The translations under genes were made by a program, and so were the position numbers. A stretch of 12,183 bases of DNA from Fibrobacterota bacterium (GTDB lineage Bacteria; Fibrobacterota; Fibrobacteria; UBA11236): contig JAYUVP010000341.1 in the NCBI GenBank assembly GCA_043753995.1, forward strand, positions 1 to 12,183. The letters run 5' to 3'. The stretch's first letter is position 1. Each line of letters opens with the position of its first letter. Under the pieces are notes generated by a model. It was not told the DNA's origin. It ran no database searches and worked only from the letters and a program-made list of their open reading frames with translations. Of the stretch, positions 1 through 7,057 are shown one piece after another.

Positions 1-442
1 CAACCGATCGAGGATAGACTAAAACCTCGCGGGCATAAATGGTGTTCATGCTGGGCGAGGTGAAGAGAAAGTCGGCGGACGAGGAATTGGAGGCCACGGG
101 AATATTCCAGACCACGGCCACGCGCAAAAGGGCTTTGACATCGGGATCGTGGGGCTGAGAGGCGAGCGGATCCCAGAAAAAAATGAGCACGTCCACCTTG
201 CCCTCGGATATGCGGGCGCCGATCTGCAAATCACCACCGAGAGGCCCGCTTTGCAGTCGCTCGACCGTGAGGCCGAGGCGTTGCTGAAGCAATCCGCCGG
301 TGGTTCCGGTGGCCAGAAGTTCATGGCTGGCCAGGGCTTCGCGGTGGCGGGAGGCCCAGGTCACCATTTCCTCTTTTTTGCTGTCATGAGCCACCAGGGC
401 TATGCGTTTACGGGCGGGCAGGGGAGAGGGCGTCGAATTCAT
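1..442 (-). CDS. mgsA: Methylglyoxal synthase (3' end runs off the window)
   Basis: Manual minus-strand translation from ATG 442: MNSTPSPLPARKRIALVAHDSKKEEM...LLATGTTG...LQSGPLGGDLQIGARISEGKVDVLIFFWDPLASQPHDPDVKALLRVAVVWNIPVASNSSSADFL..., with no stop before base 1. IALVAHD, ATGTTG, SGPLGGD and PHDPDV are MgsA signature motifs. Not in the ORF track because its stop lies outside the window. Confidence 0.97.
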   Translation of the reverse strand, partial: MNSTPSPLPARKRIALVAHDSKKEEMVTWASRHREALASHELLATGTTGGLLQQRLGLTVERLQSGPLGGDLQIGARISEGKVDVLIFFWDPLASQPHDPDVKALLRVAVVWNIPVASNSSSADFLFTSPSMNTIYAREVLVYPRSV

Positions 443-468
443 GGCCACTAACTAAGTTTTTCCTACTC

Positions 469-1143
469 GTGAGCCAAGGCATGTCCATGACCCCGTTTTC
501 TTTGCGCCTTACCCAAGCTGCCAGGCTTATGCTATGGGTCTTTTTGACGATGACGACAATGGGTCCTTTTGCCTCTGACACGGTGACAGTGGAATTGCGT
601 TTCCCCGAAGGCGGGCTCAAAGAGCGATATCGCTGCCTACGTGATTCGCAAGGAATGGAAGTTCGGATCGGCCCGCATGAAGAATGGCATGCGAACGGAA
701 CCCTGAAGGGCGTGGTGAATTGGAGGGGCGGGGTGGAAGAAGGCGATGCCGTCTTTTATTTTCCCGATGGCCGCAAATCCTATGCGACGCATTATCGCGC
801 GGGCAAGAAAAATGGCTTTGCCACGGTGTGGTATCCCAATGGCCAAAAGCAATGGCAGGCCATGTATCAAGACGGACAAACCAATGGGGTGTGGCGCGAA
901 TGGTTTGCCGATGGCCGCAAAAAATTCGAGGCCATGTATCGCAAGGGGAGGCTTGATGGCCACGCCACTTGGTGGCATGCGAATGGCCGCATTGAGCAAG
1001 AGCGGGATTATGACTTGGGAAAATCCCTGGCGGACAGCGTACGTGCTTATGATTCGTCAGGGCGGCTCACTTATCCACTGCCGTCCTCCTCCATGGTAAG
1101 GCCGCAAGGCGCGTCAGCCATGGCGGAAAACGAATCTCACTAA
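469..1143 (+). CDS. MORN-variant repeat protein (YwqK-antitoxin-like repeat family), probably exported
   Basis: Five tandem 24-aa units of the type G-x4-(W/Y)-x-x-(N/D)G-x7-(Y/W)-x-x-G, after a short hydrophobic N-terminal stretch. Start uncertain: GTG 469, or ATG 481, 487 or 529. Confidence 0.85.
   Translation: MSQGMSMTPFSLRLTQAARLMLWVFLTMTTMGPFASDTVTVELRFPEGGLKERYRCLRDSQGMEVRIGPHEEWHANGTLKGVVNWRGGVEEGDAVFYFPDGRKSYATHYRAGKKNGFATVWYPNGQKQWQAMYQDGQTNGVWREWFADGRKKFEAMYRKGRLDGHATWWHANGRIEQERDYDLGKSLADSVRAYDSSGRLTYPLPSSSMVRPQGASAMAENESH
670..1029 (+). repeat. Intragenic 72-bp (24-aa) tandem repeat, 5 copies
   Basis: TGGCATGCGAA at 685-695 and 973-983 (288 bp apart, 4x72). CCGATGGCCGCAAA at 764-777 and 908-921 (144 bp apart, 2x72). 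Confidence 0.85.
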
Positions 1144-1165
1144 TTTCTTCGACTCAGGATGCCCT

Positions 1166-1753
1166 ATGTCTGTAAAGAAAACCTCAAAGCCTGAAGCTTC
1201 GGCCGCCAAGGCCGCGAAGGCTGAGCCGATTAAGGCTCAGCCTAAGCGGGTCAAGGCCCAAGCCAAGCCCAAGCCCATGGGGCGGCCCTTGGTAGGCATT
1301 ATCATGGGCAGCGTCTCGGATCGCGAGACCATGCAGGCGGCTGCTGATATTCTAGCCGAGCTGGGCATACCCTTTGAAATGGACGTGGTGTCTGCCCACC
1401 GCACCCCGCTGAAAATGGTGTCCTATGCCCGTGAGGCCGTGGCGCGCGGCCTGGAAGTGATTATTGCCGGAGCGGGCGGCGCAGCGCATTTGCCTGGCAT
1501 GACGGCGTCTCTGACGCCTCTGCCTGTCATTGGTGTGCCGGTGAAAAGCGCAGCCATGAATGGACTCGACTCTTTGCTTTCCATCGTGCAAATGCCCGGA
1601 GGCATTCCTGTGGCGACAGTGGCGATTGGCAATGCCAAGAATGCCGGACTTTTGGCAGCGCGTATTTTGGGCATCAAGCATGAGGCCATTGCTTCGGCTG
1701 TGGCCGCCCATATGGCTGCCATGGAAGCAGAAGTGCGGGCGCAAAAACTGTGA
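1166..1753 (+). CDS. purE: N5-carboxyaminoimidazole ribonucleotide mutase, with Lys/Ala/Pro-rich N-terminal extension
   Basis: Motifs VGIIMGSx[54 protein letters not shown] and NAGLLA. AGGA just upstream of ATG 1166. Alternative start ATG 1277. Confidence 0.98.
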   Translation: MSVKKTSKPEASAAKAAKAEPIKAQPKRVKAQAKPKPMGRPLVGIIMGSVSDRETMQAAADILAELGIPFEMDVVSAHRTPLKMVSYAREAVARGLEVIIAGAGGAAHLPGMTASLTPLPVIGVPVKSAAMNGLDSLLSIVQMPGGIPVATVAIGNAKNAGLLAARILGIKHEAIASAVAAHMAAMEAEVRAQKL

Positions 1754-2892
1754 TGAAGCCCATTTTGCCGGGAGCCGTTTTAGGCATGCTGGGCGGCGGC
1801 CAATTGGGCCGCATGTTTGCCATGGAGGCCAAGCGCATGGGTTATCGCGTGGCTGTGCTCGAACCCTCGGAAGATTCTCCCTGCGGGCAAGTGGCCGATC
1901 GCGTCATCGCCAAGGCTTATACCGATCGCGATGGCCTGCGCGAATTGGCGGAATGCACGGCGGCCATCAGCTATGAATTCGAGAATGTCGATGCCGCTGC
2001 GGTGGAATTCCTGGAAGCCCAGGGCAAACCCGTACGCCCAGGCAGCAAGGCCTTGCGCATTACCCAAGATCGATGGCTGGAAAAAAGCTTTGTGCGTGGC
2101 CTTGGTTTGCCGGTGACGCCATTCGGAATGGCGACGACGGCGGAAGAGCTGTCCGCGACCTTGGCGGCTATGGGCTTACCCGGAATTCTTAAAACCACAC
2201 GCGGCGGTTATGACGGCAAGGGCCAGGCGGCTGTTGCTACAGAGCATGATGCCGAGGCGGCAAGGCAATCTTTTGGCGGCGCGGCCTTGATCTACGAGAA
2301 ACGCGTCGAGTTTCAAGCCGAATTCAGCGTGGTGGCCTGCCGAAATCCCCAGGGTGAATGCGTCACCTATCCGGTATTGGAAAATCAGCATCGCCATCAC
2401 ATTCTTGATAAAACTTTAGTGCCGGGCAGATTGCCTGAACCGGTGGCGATTAAAGCTCGGGACATGGCCGTCCGCTTGGGGCATGGCCTTGATTTCGTGG
2501 GCACCTTTTGTGTGGAGCTTTTCTACACGACAGGGGGTGACATGGTGGTGAATGAAATCGCCCCTCGCCCCCACAATTCAGGCCATTTCAGCTTGGATGG
2601 CTGCACGGTATCGCAATTTGAATTGCAGGTGCGTGCTTTGTGCGGGTTACCCCTGGTCGAGCCACAACTCTTGCGGCCTTCGGTCATGCTCAACTTGGTC
2701 GGTGATGGCGGCGGCGATAGCTTGCAGGGGATTGCTCAGGCCCTCGCCCTGCCTGGTGTCCATTTGCATTTGTATGGCAAGGCCAAAGCTCCTAAGGGGC
2801 GCAAAATGGGTCATGTCACCGTGACTGCCGATACCTTGGCACTGGCTTGCGATCGCGTAGAGGTTGTGCAGAAGCTTTTGCACTGGGCCTGA
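1753..2892 (+). CDS. purK: N5-carboxyaminoimidazole ribonucleotide synthase (ATP-grasp)
   Basis: Motifs LGGGQLGRM, YEFENV, GGYDGKGQ, NEIAPRPHNSGH, SQFE, HLYGK and RKMGH. TGATG stop/start overlap with purE at 1751-1755 (the ORF track starts at GTG 1750). Confidence 0.98.
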   Translation: MKPILPGAVLGMLGGGQLGRMFAMEAKRMGYRVAVLEPSEDSPCGQVADRVIAKAYTDRDGLRELAECTAAISYEFENVDAAAVEFLEAQGKPVRPGSKALRITQDRWLEKSFVRGLGLPVTPFGMATTAEELSATLAAMGLPGILKTTRGGYDGKGQAAVATEHDAEAARQSFGGAALIYEKRVEFQAEFSVVACRNPQGECVTYPVLENQHRHHILDKTLVPGRLPEPVAIKARDMAVRLGHGLDFVGTFCVELFYTTGGDMVVNEIAPRPHNSGHFSLDGCTVSQFELQVRALCGLPLVEPQLLRPSVMLNLVGDGGGDSLQGIAQALALPGVHLHLYGKAKAPKGRKMGHVTVTADTLALACDRVEVVQKLLHWA

Positions 2893-2930
2893 AGGCCCGG
2901 AGCCAAAGGGCTTCTGCTTGTTTCGCTTTT
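2885..2930 (+). terminator. Possible intrinsic terminator after purK
   Basis: GGGCCT-GA-AGGCCC (2885-2898), or the alternative GAAG(G)CCC...GGGCTTC (2891-2914), followed by an interrupted T-rich tract (TGCTTGTTTCGCTTTT). Confidence 0.4.
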
Positions 2931-2931
2931 C

Positions 2932-2956
2932 TTGACACTGTTTCCGGTTTTAAAGT
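2932..2956 (+). promoter_or_regulatory. Possible sigma70-type promoter with an atypical spacer
   Basis: Perfect TTGACA at 2932-2937 and TAAAGT at 2951-2956 in an AT-rich stretch. The spacer is only 13 nt rather than about 17. Confidence 0.3.
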
Positions 2957-2960
2957 TTTT

Positions 2961-3062
2961 GGGGAAAATTCCTCCTTGAACGTGCCCAGGGCTAGGACTA
3001 GCCCGACCTAATTTGATGCTAGGAATCGTTGGCTGCCGTTGCAGTCACGAAGGCAAGGAAAC
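2961..3062 (+). promoter_or_regulatory. Candidate structured 5' leader or operator region
   Basis: Perfect inverted repeat GGGCTAG-GA-CTAGCCC (2989-3004). TCCTTG (2973-2978) is complementary to CAAGGA (3054-3059), and CGTG (2981-2984) to CACG (3046-3049). Further small stems lie inside. Confidence 0.35.
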
Positions 3063-3584
3063 ATGGACGCACAAACCTTCGATCGCACTAATGAGCTCGC
3101 CGAAAACCTGATTCAGGAAATTCGCAAGCTTCAATCCGAAGGACGTTTGGACGGAATTGAAAACCTGGTGCAAGGTCTCCTCAAGCAATTGCCCGACGGG
3201 TGTTCCATCAACCTGAATATGTCGGTGCAGATTTTCGATGAGAATCGAGATCGCCATCTCAAGACAAATACCACCGGTGTCGTTTGGGAAAAAGGCCGCG
3301 AACCGTATTTGGTCGACGCTGGCCTGACTCCCGCCAAATACCTGGTCGACGGCGTCATGATGAAGGTGCCCCACGATCATTGCCCCAATTGCTGGTCGCG
3401 CTGGCCTTTGAAATCGCGGCTCAAGCAATGCCCTGAATGCCATTATCGCATGGGTCAGGAAGTCAAGCTCCTGGTCGATACCAATGTTTGCCCTCGCTGC
3501 GAAGAAGGCACCATTTCCCTGCATCATCCCCATTGCGATCAATGCGGCTTCGTGGCTGAAAAAAACCTCGTCGTCTGGGGTTAG
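3063..3584 (+). CDS. Hypothetical protein with C-terminal double zinc ribbon (4 x CxxC)
   Basis: 173 aa from ATG 3063, with AAGGAA immediately upstream (the ORF track starts at TTG 3039). CPNC-x12-CPEC-x16-CPRC-x11-CDQC at 3381-3545. No signal peptide visible. Confidence 0.85.
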   Translation: MDAQTFDRTNELAENLIQEIRKLQSEGRLDGIENLVQGLLKQLPDGCSINLNMSVQIFDENRDRHLKTNTTGVVWEKGREPYLVDAGLTPAKYLVDGVMMKVPHDHCPNCWSRWPLKSRLKQCPECHYRMGQEVKLLVDTNVCPRCEEGTISLHHPHCDQCGFVAEKNLVVWG

Positions 3585-3672
3585 CCTTCCGGTGCCCAAG
3601 CCGGCATCTCAAAAAACCTCAATCTGGCTGGACTGCCGTCTCCATGGGCTATGCTAGTGGACGAGGTTTACT

Positions 3673-4002
3673 ATGGCCGAAATTTCCATGCGTGATAAGG
3701 GTTTGCAGGAGTTAATCCATCGCCTGCATGTGCGCGAGTTTAATCCCGAGCATGTGCAAGAAGCCGCCCAGTTAGTGGCTAAGGTGCAAACCCTTGCGGA
3801 TTCGATGAAGTTGGCGCAAAATCTCATGACTTCTCCCATCGTTCAAGTGCGCGCTTTCGCAGGGCATTTATTGGCCGCCATTTCGCCGCAAAGCCCTGAT
3901 AATAAACAATCCCCCATGGGCTATAACGCCGTCGCTGAAGTCATCAAGCAATGGGTGCGAGAAGAGGCTAAGCCCGGTAAGGTACGGCCCAGCAAGGCCT
4001 AG
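3673..4002 (+). CDS. Hypothetical alpha-helical protein, possibly HEAT-like
   Basis: 109 aa, with GAGG upstream of the ATG. It fills the gap between same-strand neighbours and has an amphipathic helical pattern, including LAQNLMTSPIVQVRAFAGHLLAAI. Confidence 0.7.
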   Translation: MAEISMRDKGLQELIHRLHVREFNPEHVQEAAQLVAKVQTLADSMKLAQNLMTSPIVQVRAFAGHLLAAISPQSPDNKQSPMGYNAVAEVIKQWVREEAKPGKVRPSKA

Positions 4003-4050
4003 CGCGGATTGTAGATTAAGTCCTCACCGGCACGTGCCGCGGAGGTTACC

Positions 4051-5481
4051 CTGTCCCCAACCTTGCCGCCACTCTCTTCAGCGCACCTTGCCGAAGCCTT
4101 CGGGGCCCTGATCTCGGAGGGGCCTTCGGATTGGCAAATGTTTAGCGCTGACGCAAGCGGATTCGCCGAAATGCGTGCGAGCGGTAGGTGGCGGCGTCCG
4201 GCCAGTGCGGGGCTTTTAGGCCGTAGCGGCTGCGAGGTAGAAATTCGCCTTTGCCATGAAATGACGGGAAGCCCAGTCACCCCGGCCTTGCAATGGCAGA
4301 CTGCGGAGACGCGTAGCGACGGCACCTGGTCGGCACTTTTGCAAAACATTCCCTACGGAAGCCCCTATCGTCTGGAAACGAGGCTCAATCCCAAGGGCAA
4401 TAAAACCAAGGAATGGGCCTGGCGCGGCGATGCGCGCCGTTTCCTCGCGGTGGGCGATGTTTGGGTGCTGGCAGGGCAAAGCAATGTCTCGGGCTATGGT
4501 GCTCCGCCTTATCAAGATGAGCCTGAAATCGGCATACACCTCTTCGGACAAGATGGGCGATGGCGCCTGGCCGCTCATCCTTTGCATGACGGCACGGGAG
4601 GTCGCTTTCAGGATTTGGTGCAACCCTATGTGCCTGGGCATTCGCCTTTTTTGCATTTCGCTAAGCGCTTGAAACAGGCTATGGGTCGGCCCATCGGTTT
4701 GATCCCGGCGGCTCTCGGAGGGTCTGCGCTAAAAGGCTGGATGCCGGGTGGGCCTTTGCAGAAGGCGATGTTGGACATGGTGCGCGAGGCCGGGATTCAG
4801 CCTGCGGGCTTGATTTTCGGACAAGGTGAAAGCGATGCGAAGGGCCAGGCGAGTGATACTTATGGCGAGCGATTCTCCGAGGCTTTAGGGGGCTGGCGCG
4901 AAGCCTTTGGGAACCGTGATTTACCGGTGATCACCTATCAGCTCGGTCGATACTATTCGAAAAATCCAGGTGAAGACCATGCCGCTTGGTCGCAGGTACG
5001 CGAGGCCCAACGTCGTGCTGCCAAGCAGGAAAAGTGCCTGGCGGTTTTACCGGCTCTCGATTTGCCGCTCACCGATACCATTCATTTCAGCAGCGGGGCT
5101 AATGTCGTTATAGGCGAGCGCTTTGCTGAGGCAGCCATGGGTTTGCGCTCGGCGGAATACGAATTCTGGCGCGCTCCCGATTTGGTTTCGGCTCGCTTAA
5201 TTGACATCCACAAACTGGAATTGAGTTTTGCTCCAGTGCAAAGCCGGATTGATTCGCAGGATCCGCTGGCCCAACCTTTTCTCTTGCGCGATGACGACGG
5301 GGAATTGCCCGTATCCCGTTTATTTTATCCCATGGATCATCGCCTCGAAATTCACTTGGCTAGGGCTGCTCGTGGTAGAGTGTTTATCAGCGCGGGTTGG
5401 GGTGAAAACCCTCCGCAAATGCCGCAAGATACCGAGAGGCGCATGCCAATTTTAGCCTTCACCGATTTTATCGTCACATAG
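4051..5481 (+). CDS. Sialate O-acetylesterase-like (SASA / CE6-like) SGNH carbohydrate acetylesterase
   Basis: VGDVWVLAGQSN (catalytic Ser), IGLIPAALGGS, GQGESD, VREAQ and DTIH (DxxH). Start uncertain: CTG 4051 (follows GGAGG) or TTG 4063. In-frame stop at 4012-4014. Confidence 0.9.
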   Translation: MSPTLPPLSSAHLAEAFGALISEGPSDWQMFSADASGFAEMRASGRWRRPASAGLLGRSGCEVEIRLCHEMTGSPVTPALQWQTAETRSDGTWSALLQNIPYGSPYRLETRLNPKGNKTKEWAWRGDARRFLAVGDVWVLAGQSNVSGYGAPPYQDEPEIGIHLFGQDGRWRLAAHPLHDGTGGRFQDLVQPYVPGHSPFLHFAKRLKQAMGRPIGLIPAALGGSALKGWMPGGPLQKAMLDMVREAGIQPAGLIFGQGESDAKGQASDTYGERFSEALGGWREAFGNRDLPVITYQLGRYYSKNPGEDHAAWSQVREAQRRAAKQEKCLAVLPALDLPLTDTIHFSSGANVVIGERFAEAAMGLRSAEYEFWRAPDLVSARLIDIHKLELSFAPVQSRIDSQDPLAQPFLLRDDDGELPVSRLFYPMDHRLEIHLARAARGRVFISAGWGENPPQMPQDTERRMPILAFTDFIVT

Positions 5482-5490
5482 GAGTTACCC

Positions 5491-7044
5491 ATGGTAGCCG
5501 AATCCCGCGGGGCTAAAGCCCAAAGAATCCCGAGGCCAAGTTCGGCCGCAACCTTGGCGCTTAGCGTTGGGGTCCTCGCAGCGGTGGGGACGGAGGCCGG
5601 AGCCCAAGTGCAAGGACCCGCTACCGAAGTTCAGGCAGGCGAACGCATCTCCGTTGACCTCACGGTTTATAACCAAGGTTCTTCCTTGGTGCGCGAAGTC
5701 CGGGAAGCCTCGCTGCGCAAGGGTCAAAACCGCATCGTGGTTCCTGAAGTGCCTGCGACCTTGGATCCCAGTTCGGTGCATTTGACGGCGAGCGGACTGC
5801 GGATTTTGGAGCAGAATTATCAATACGATCTTCCTGACACGCGTACCTTACTCACGCGCTATATCGGCCGGCAAATCGAATTGATGCGTAAAGATGCGGC
5901 GGGTGTGGAAAAGGGCATTGCTGCCAAGCTCTTGGCCGTGGAAGGCATGGCGGGTATGAATACCCAAGGCCCGGATGGACGCAATGCCGGCCTCATCGCT
6001 GAAGTCGGTGGTAAAATTGAAGTGGCTCCCGCGGGACGCTTGATTCTGCCTGCTTTGTCCGAAGGATTGATTTTGCAGCCACGTCTATTGTGGCTGGCCG
6101 AAGCCGCCAAAGAGGGCAAACAGAAAATGGAATTGACCTATCTCGCCGGATCCATTTCCTGGACTTGCGAATATGTGGCCTTGATGTCGGCGGAAAGCGA
6201 TCGCATTGACCTTACGGGTTGGGTCACCTTGACGAATGAAAGCGGATCGTCCTTTCGCAATGCTGGCCTCAAATTGGTCGCAGGGGAAGTGAATCGCGTG
6301 GAGGAATCCCCCGTGCCTTCTGGCTATCTCATGAAAAGTCGCATGGCGGCAATGGAGGATGTTGCGGCACCGCAATTCCAGCAAAGCGAAATATTCGAAT
6401 ACAAGCTTTACACTTTGGGACGACGCACCGATTTAGGCGGGCGCGAGAATAAGCAAATCGAATTGGTTTCGGCGCAGCAGGCCAATTGCCGCAAGGTCTT
6501 GATTTACGACGGCCTGGAAGGCGATTGGCGCTGGTGGGGGCAATCGGCGAATTCCCGGAACCAGCAGGGCTTCGGCCAAACCGGTAATACCAAGGTCGGC
6601 GTTTATGTGGTTTTCAAAAATGATAAGGCTTCGCAATTAGGGATGCCCTTGCCTGCCGGTCGCGTGCGCGTCTTTCAAAATGATCAAGACGGCAAACCCC
6701 AATTGGTGGGCGAAGATCGCATCGATCACACGCCCAAGGACGAAGAATTGCGCTTGTTTCTCGGTAAATCCTTCGACGTCGTGGGTGAAAGAGCTCAAAC
6801 TGATTTTCGCAGCCTGGCCAAGGGTGATATCATTGAGGAAGCTTTTCGCATCAAGGTTCGTAATCACAAGGAGAGCGCCGCCACGGTGCATATTGTCGAA
6901 CATCCGTGGCGTTGGCGCGAATGGGAAGTGCTAAAGGCAGATGCCAAATGGGAAAAGGTCGATCAAAGCACCTTGAGATTCCCCGTGGACATTCCCGCAG
7001 GTGGCGAAAAAGTGGTGACTTATACCGTGCGTTATCGCTTTTAA
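5491..7044 (+). CDS. DUF4139/DUF4140-type exported protein
   Basis: Signal-peptide-like N-terminus. Motifs LTVYNQ...LVREVR, ILEQNYQYDL, LTYLAGSISW..EY, GWVTLTNESG, LKLVAGEVNRV, LGMPLPAGRVRV, VGEDRIDHTPKDE and terminal VTYTVRY. AGGAG RBS overlaps the upstream TAG. Confidence 0.88.
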   Translation: MVAESRGAKAQRIPRPSSAATLALSVGVLAAVGTEAGAQVQGPATEVQAGERISVDLTVYNQGSSLVREVREASLRKGQNRIVVPEVPATLDPSSVHLTASGLRILEQNYQYDLPDTRTLLTRYIGRQIELMRKDAAGVEKGIAAKLLAVEGMAGMNTQGPDGRNAGLIAEVGGKIEVAPAGRLILPALSEGLILQPRLLWLAEAAKEGKQKMELTYLAGSISWTCEYVALMSAESDRIDLTGWVTLTNESGSSFRNAGLKLVAGEVNRVEESPVPSGYLMKSRMAAMEDVAAPQFQQSEIFEYKLYTLGRRTDLGGRENKQIELVSAQQANCRKVLIYDGLEGDWRWWGQSANSRNQQGFGQTGNTKVGVYVVFKNDKASQLGMPLPAGRVRVFQNDQDGKPQLVGEDRIDHTPKDEELRLFLGKSFDVVGERAQTDFRSLAKGDIIEEAFRIKVRNHKESAATVHIVEHPWRWREWEVLKADAKWEKVDQSTLRFPVDIPAGGEKVVTYTVRYRF

Positions 7045-7057
7045 CGCGCAGCGCCGG

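Noticed and set aside
46..451. ORF-track entries 46..324 (-) and 149..451 (+)
   Set aside because: They are off-frame and antisense shadows of mgsA.
2956..3023. Loose likeness to the c-di-AMP (ydaO) riboswitch (TTTTTGGGG, AGGG...CCCG, CTAA) and to SAM-I (GGACTAGCCCGA)
   Set aside because: The other conserved core segments of each class, as I remember them, are missing. An Rfam search would settle it.
2981..3050. Minus-strand TCGTGACTG...CCTGGGCA resembling the ends of a ZTP riboswitch next to purEK
   Set aside because: The central conserved segment is absent, and the element would lie downstream of and antisense to purK.
2985..3050. Cloverleaf-like pairing suggesting a tRNA
   Set aside because: There is no T-loop (TTCRA) or D-loop consensus and no proper 7-bp acceptor stem.
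3429..3443. CPECH as a c-type heme-binding CxxCH motif
   Set aside because: It is one of four regularly spaced CxxC motifs in a protein with no export signal, so a zinc ribbon is the simpler explanation.
3045..3599. 184-aa minus-strand ORF
   Set aside because: It is the antisense shadow of the zinc-ribbon gene and has no recognisable motifs.
3560..3620. Direct repeat AAAAAACCTC at 3560-3569 and 3611-3620
   Set aside because: Only two short low-complexity copies; not CRISPR-like, and no element lies between them.
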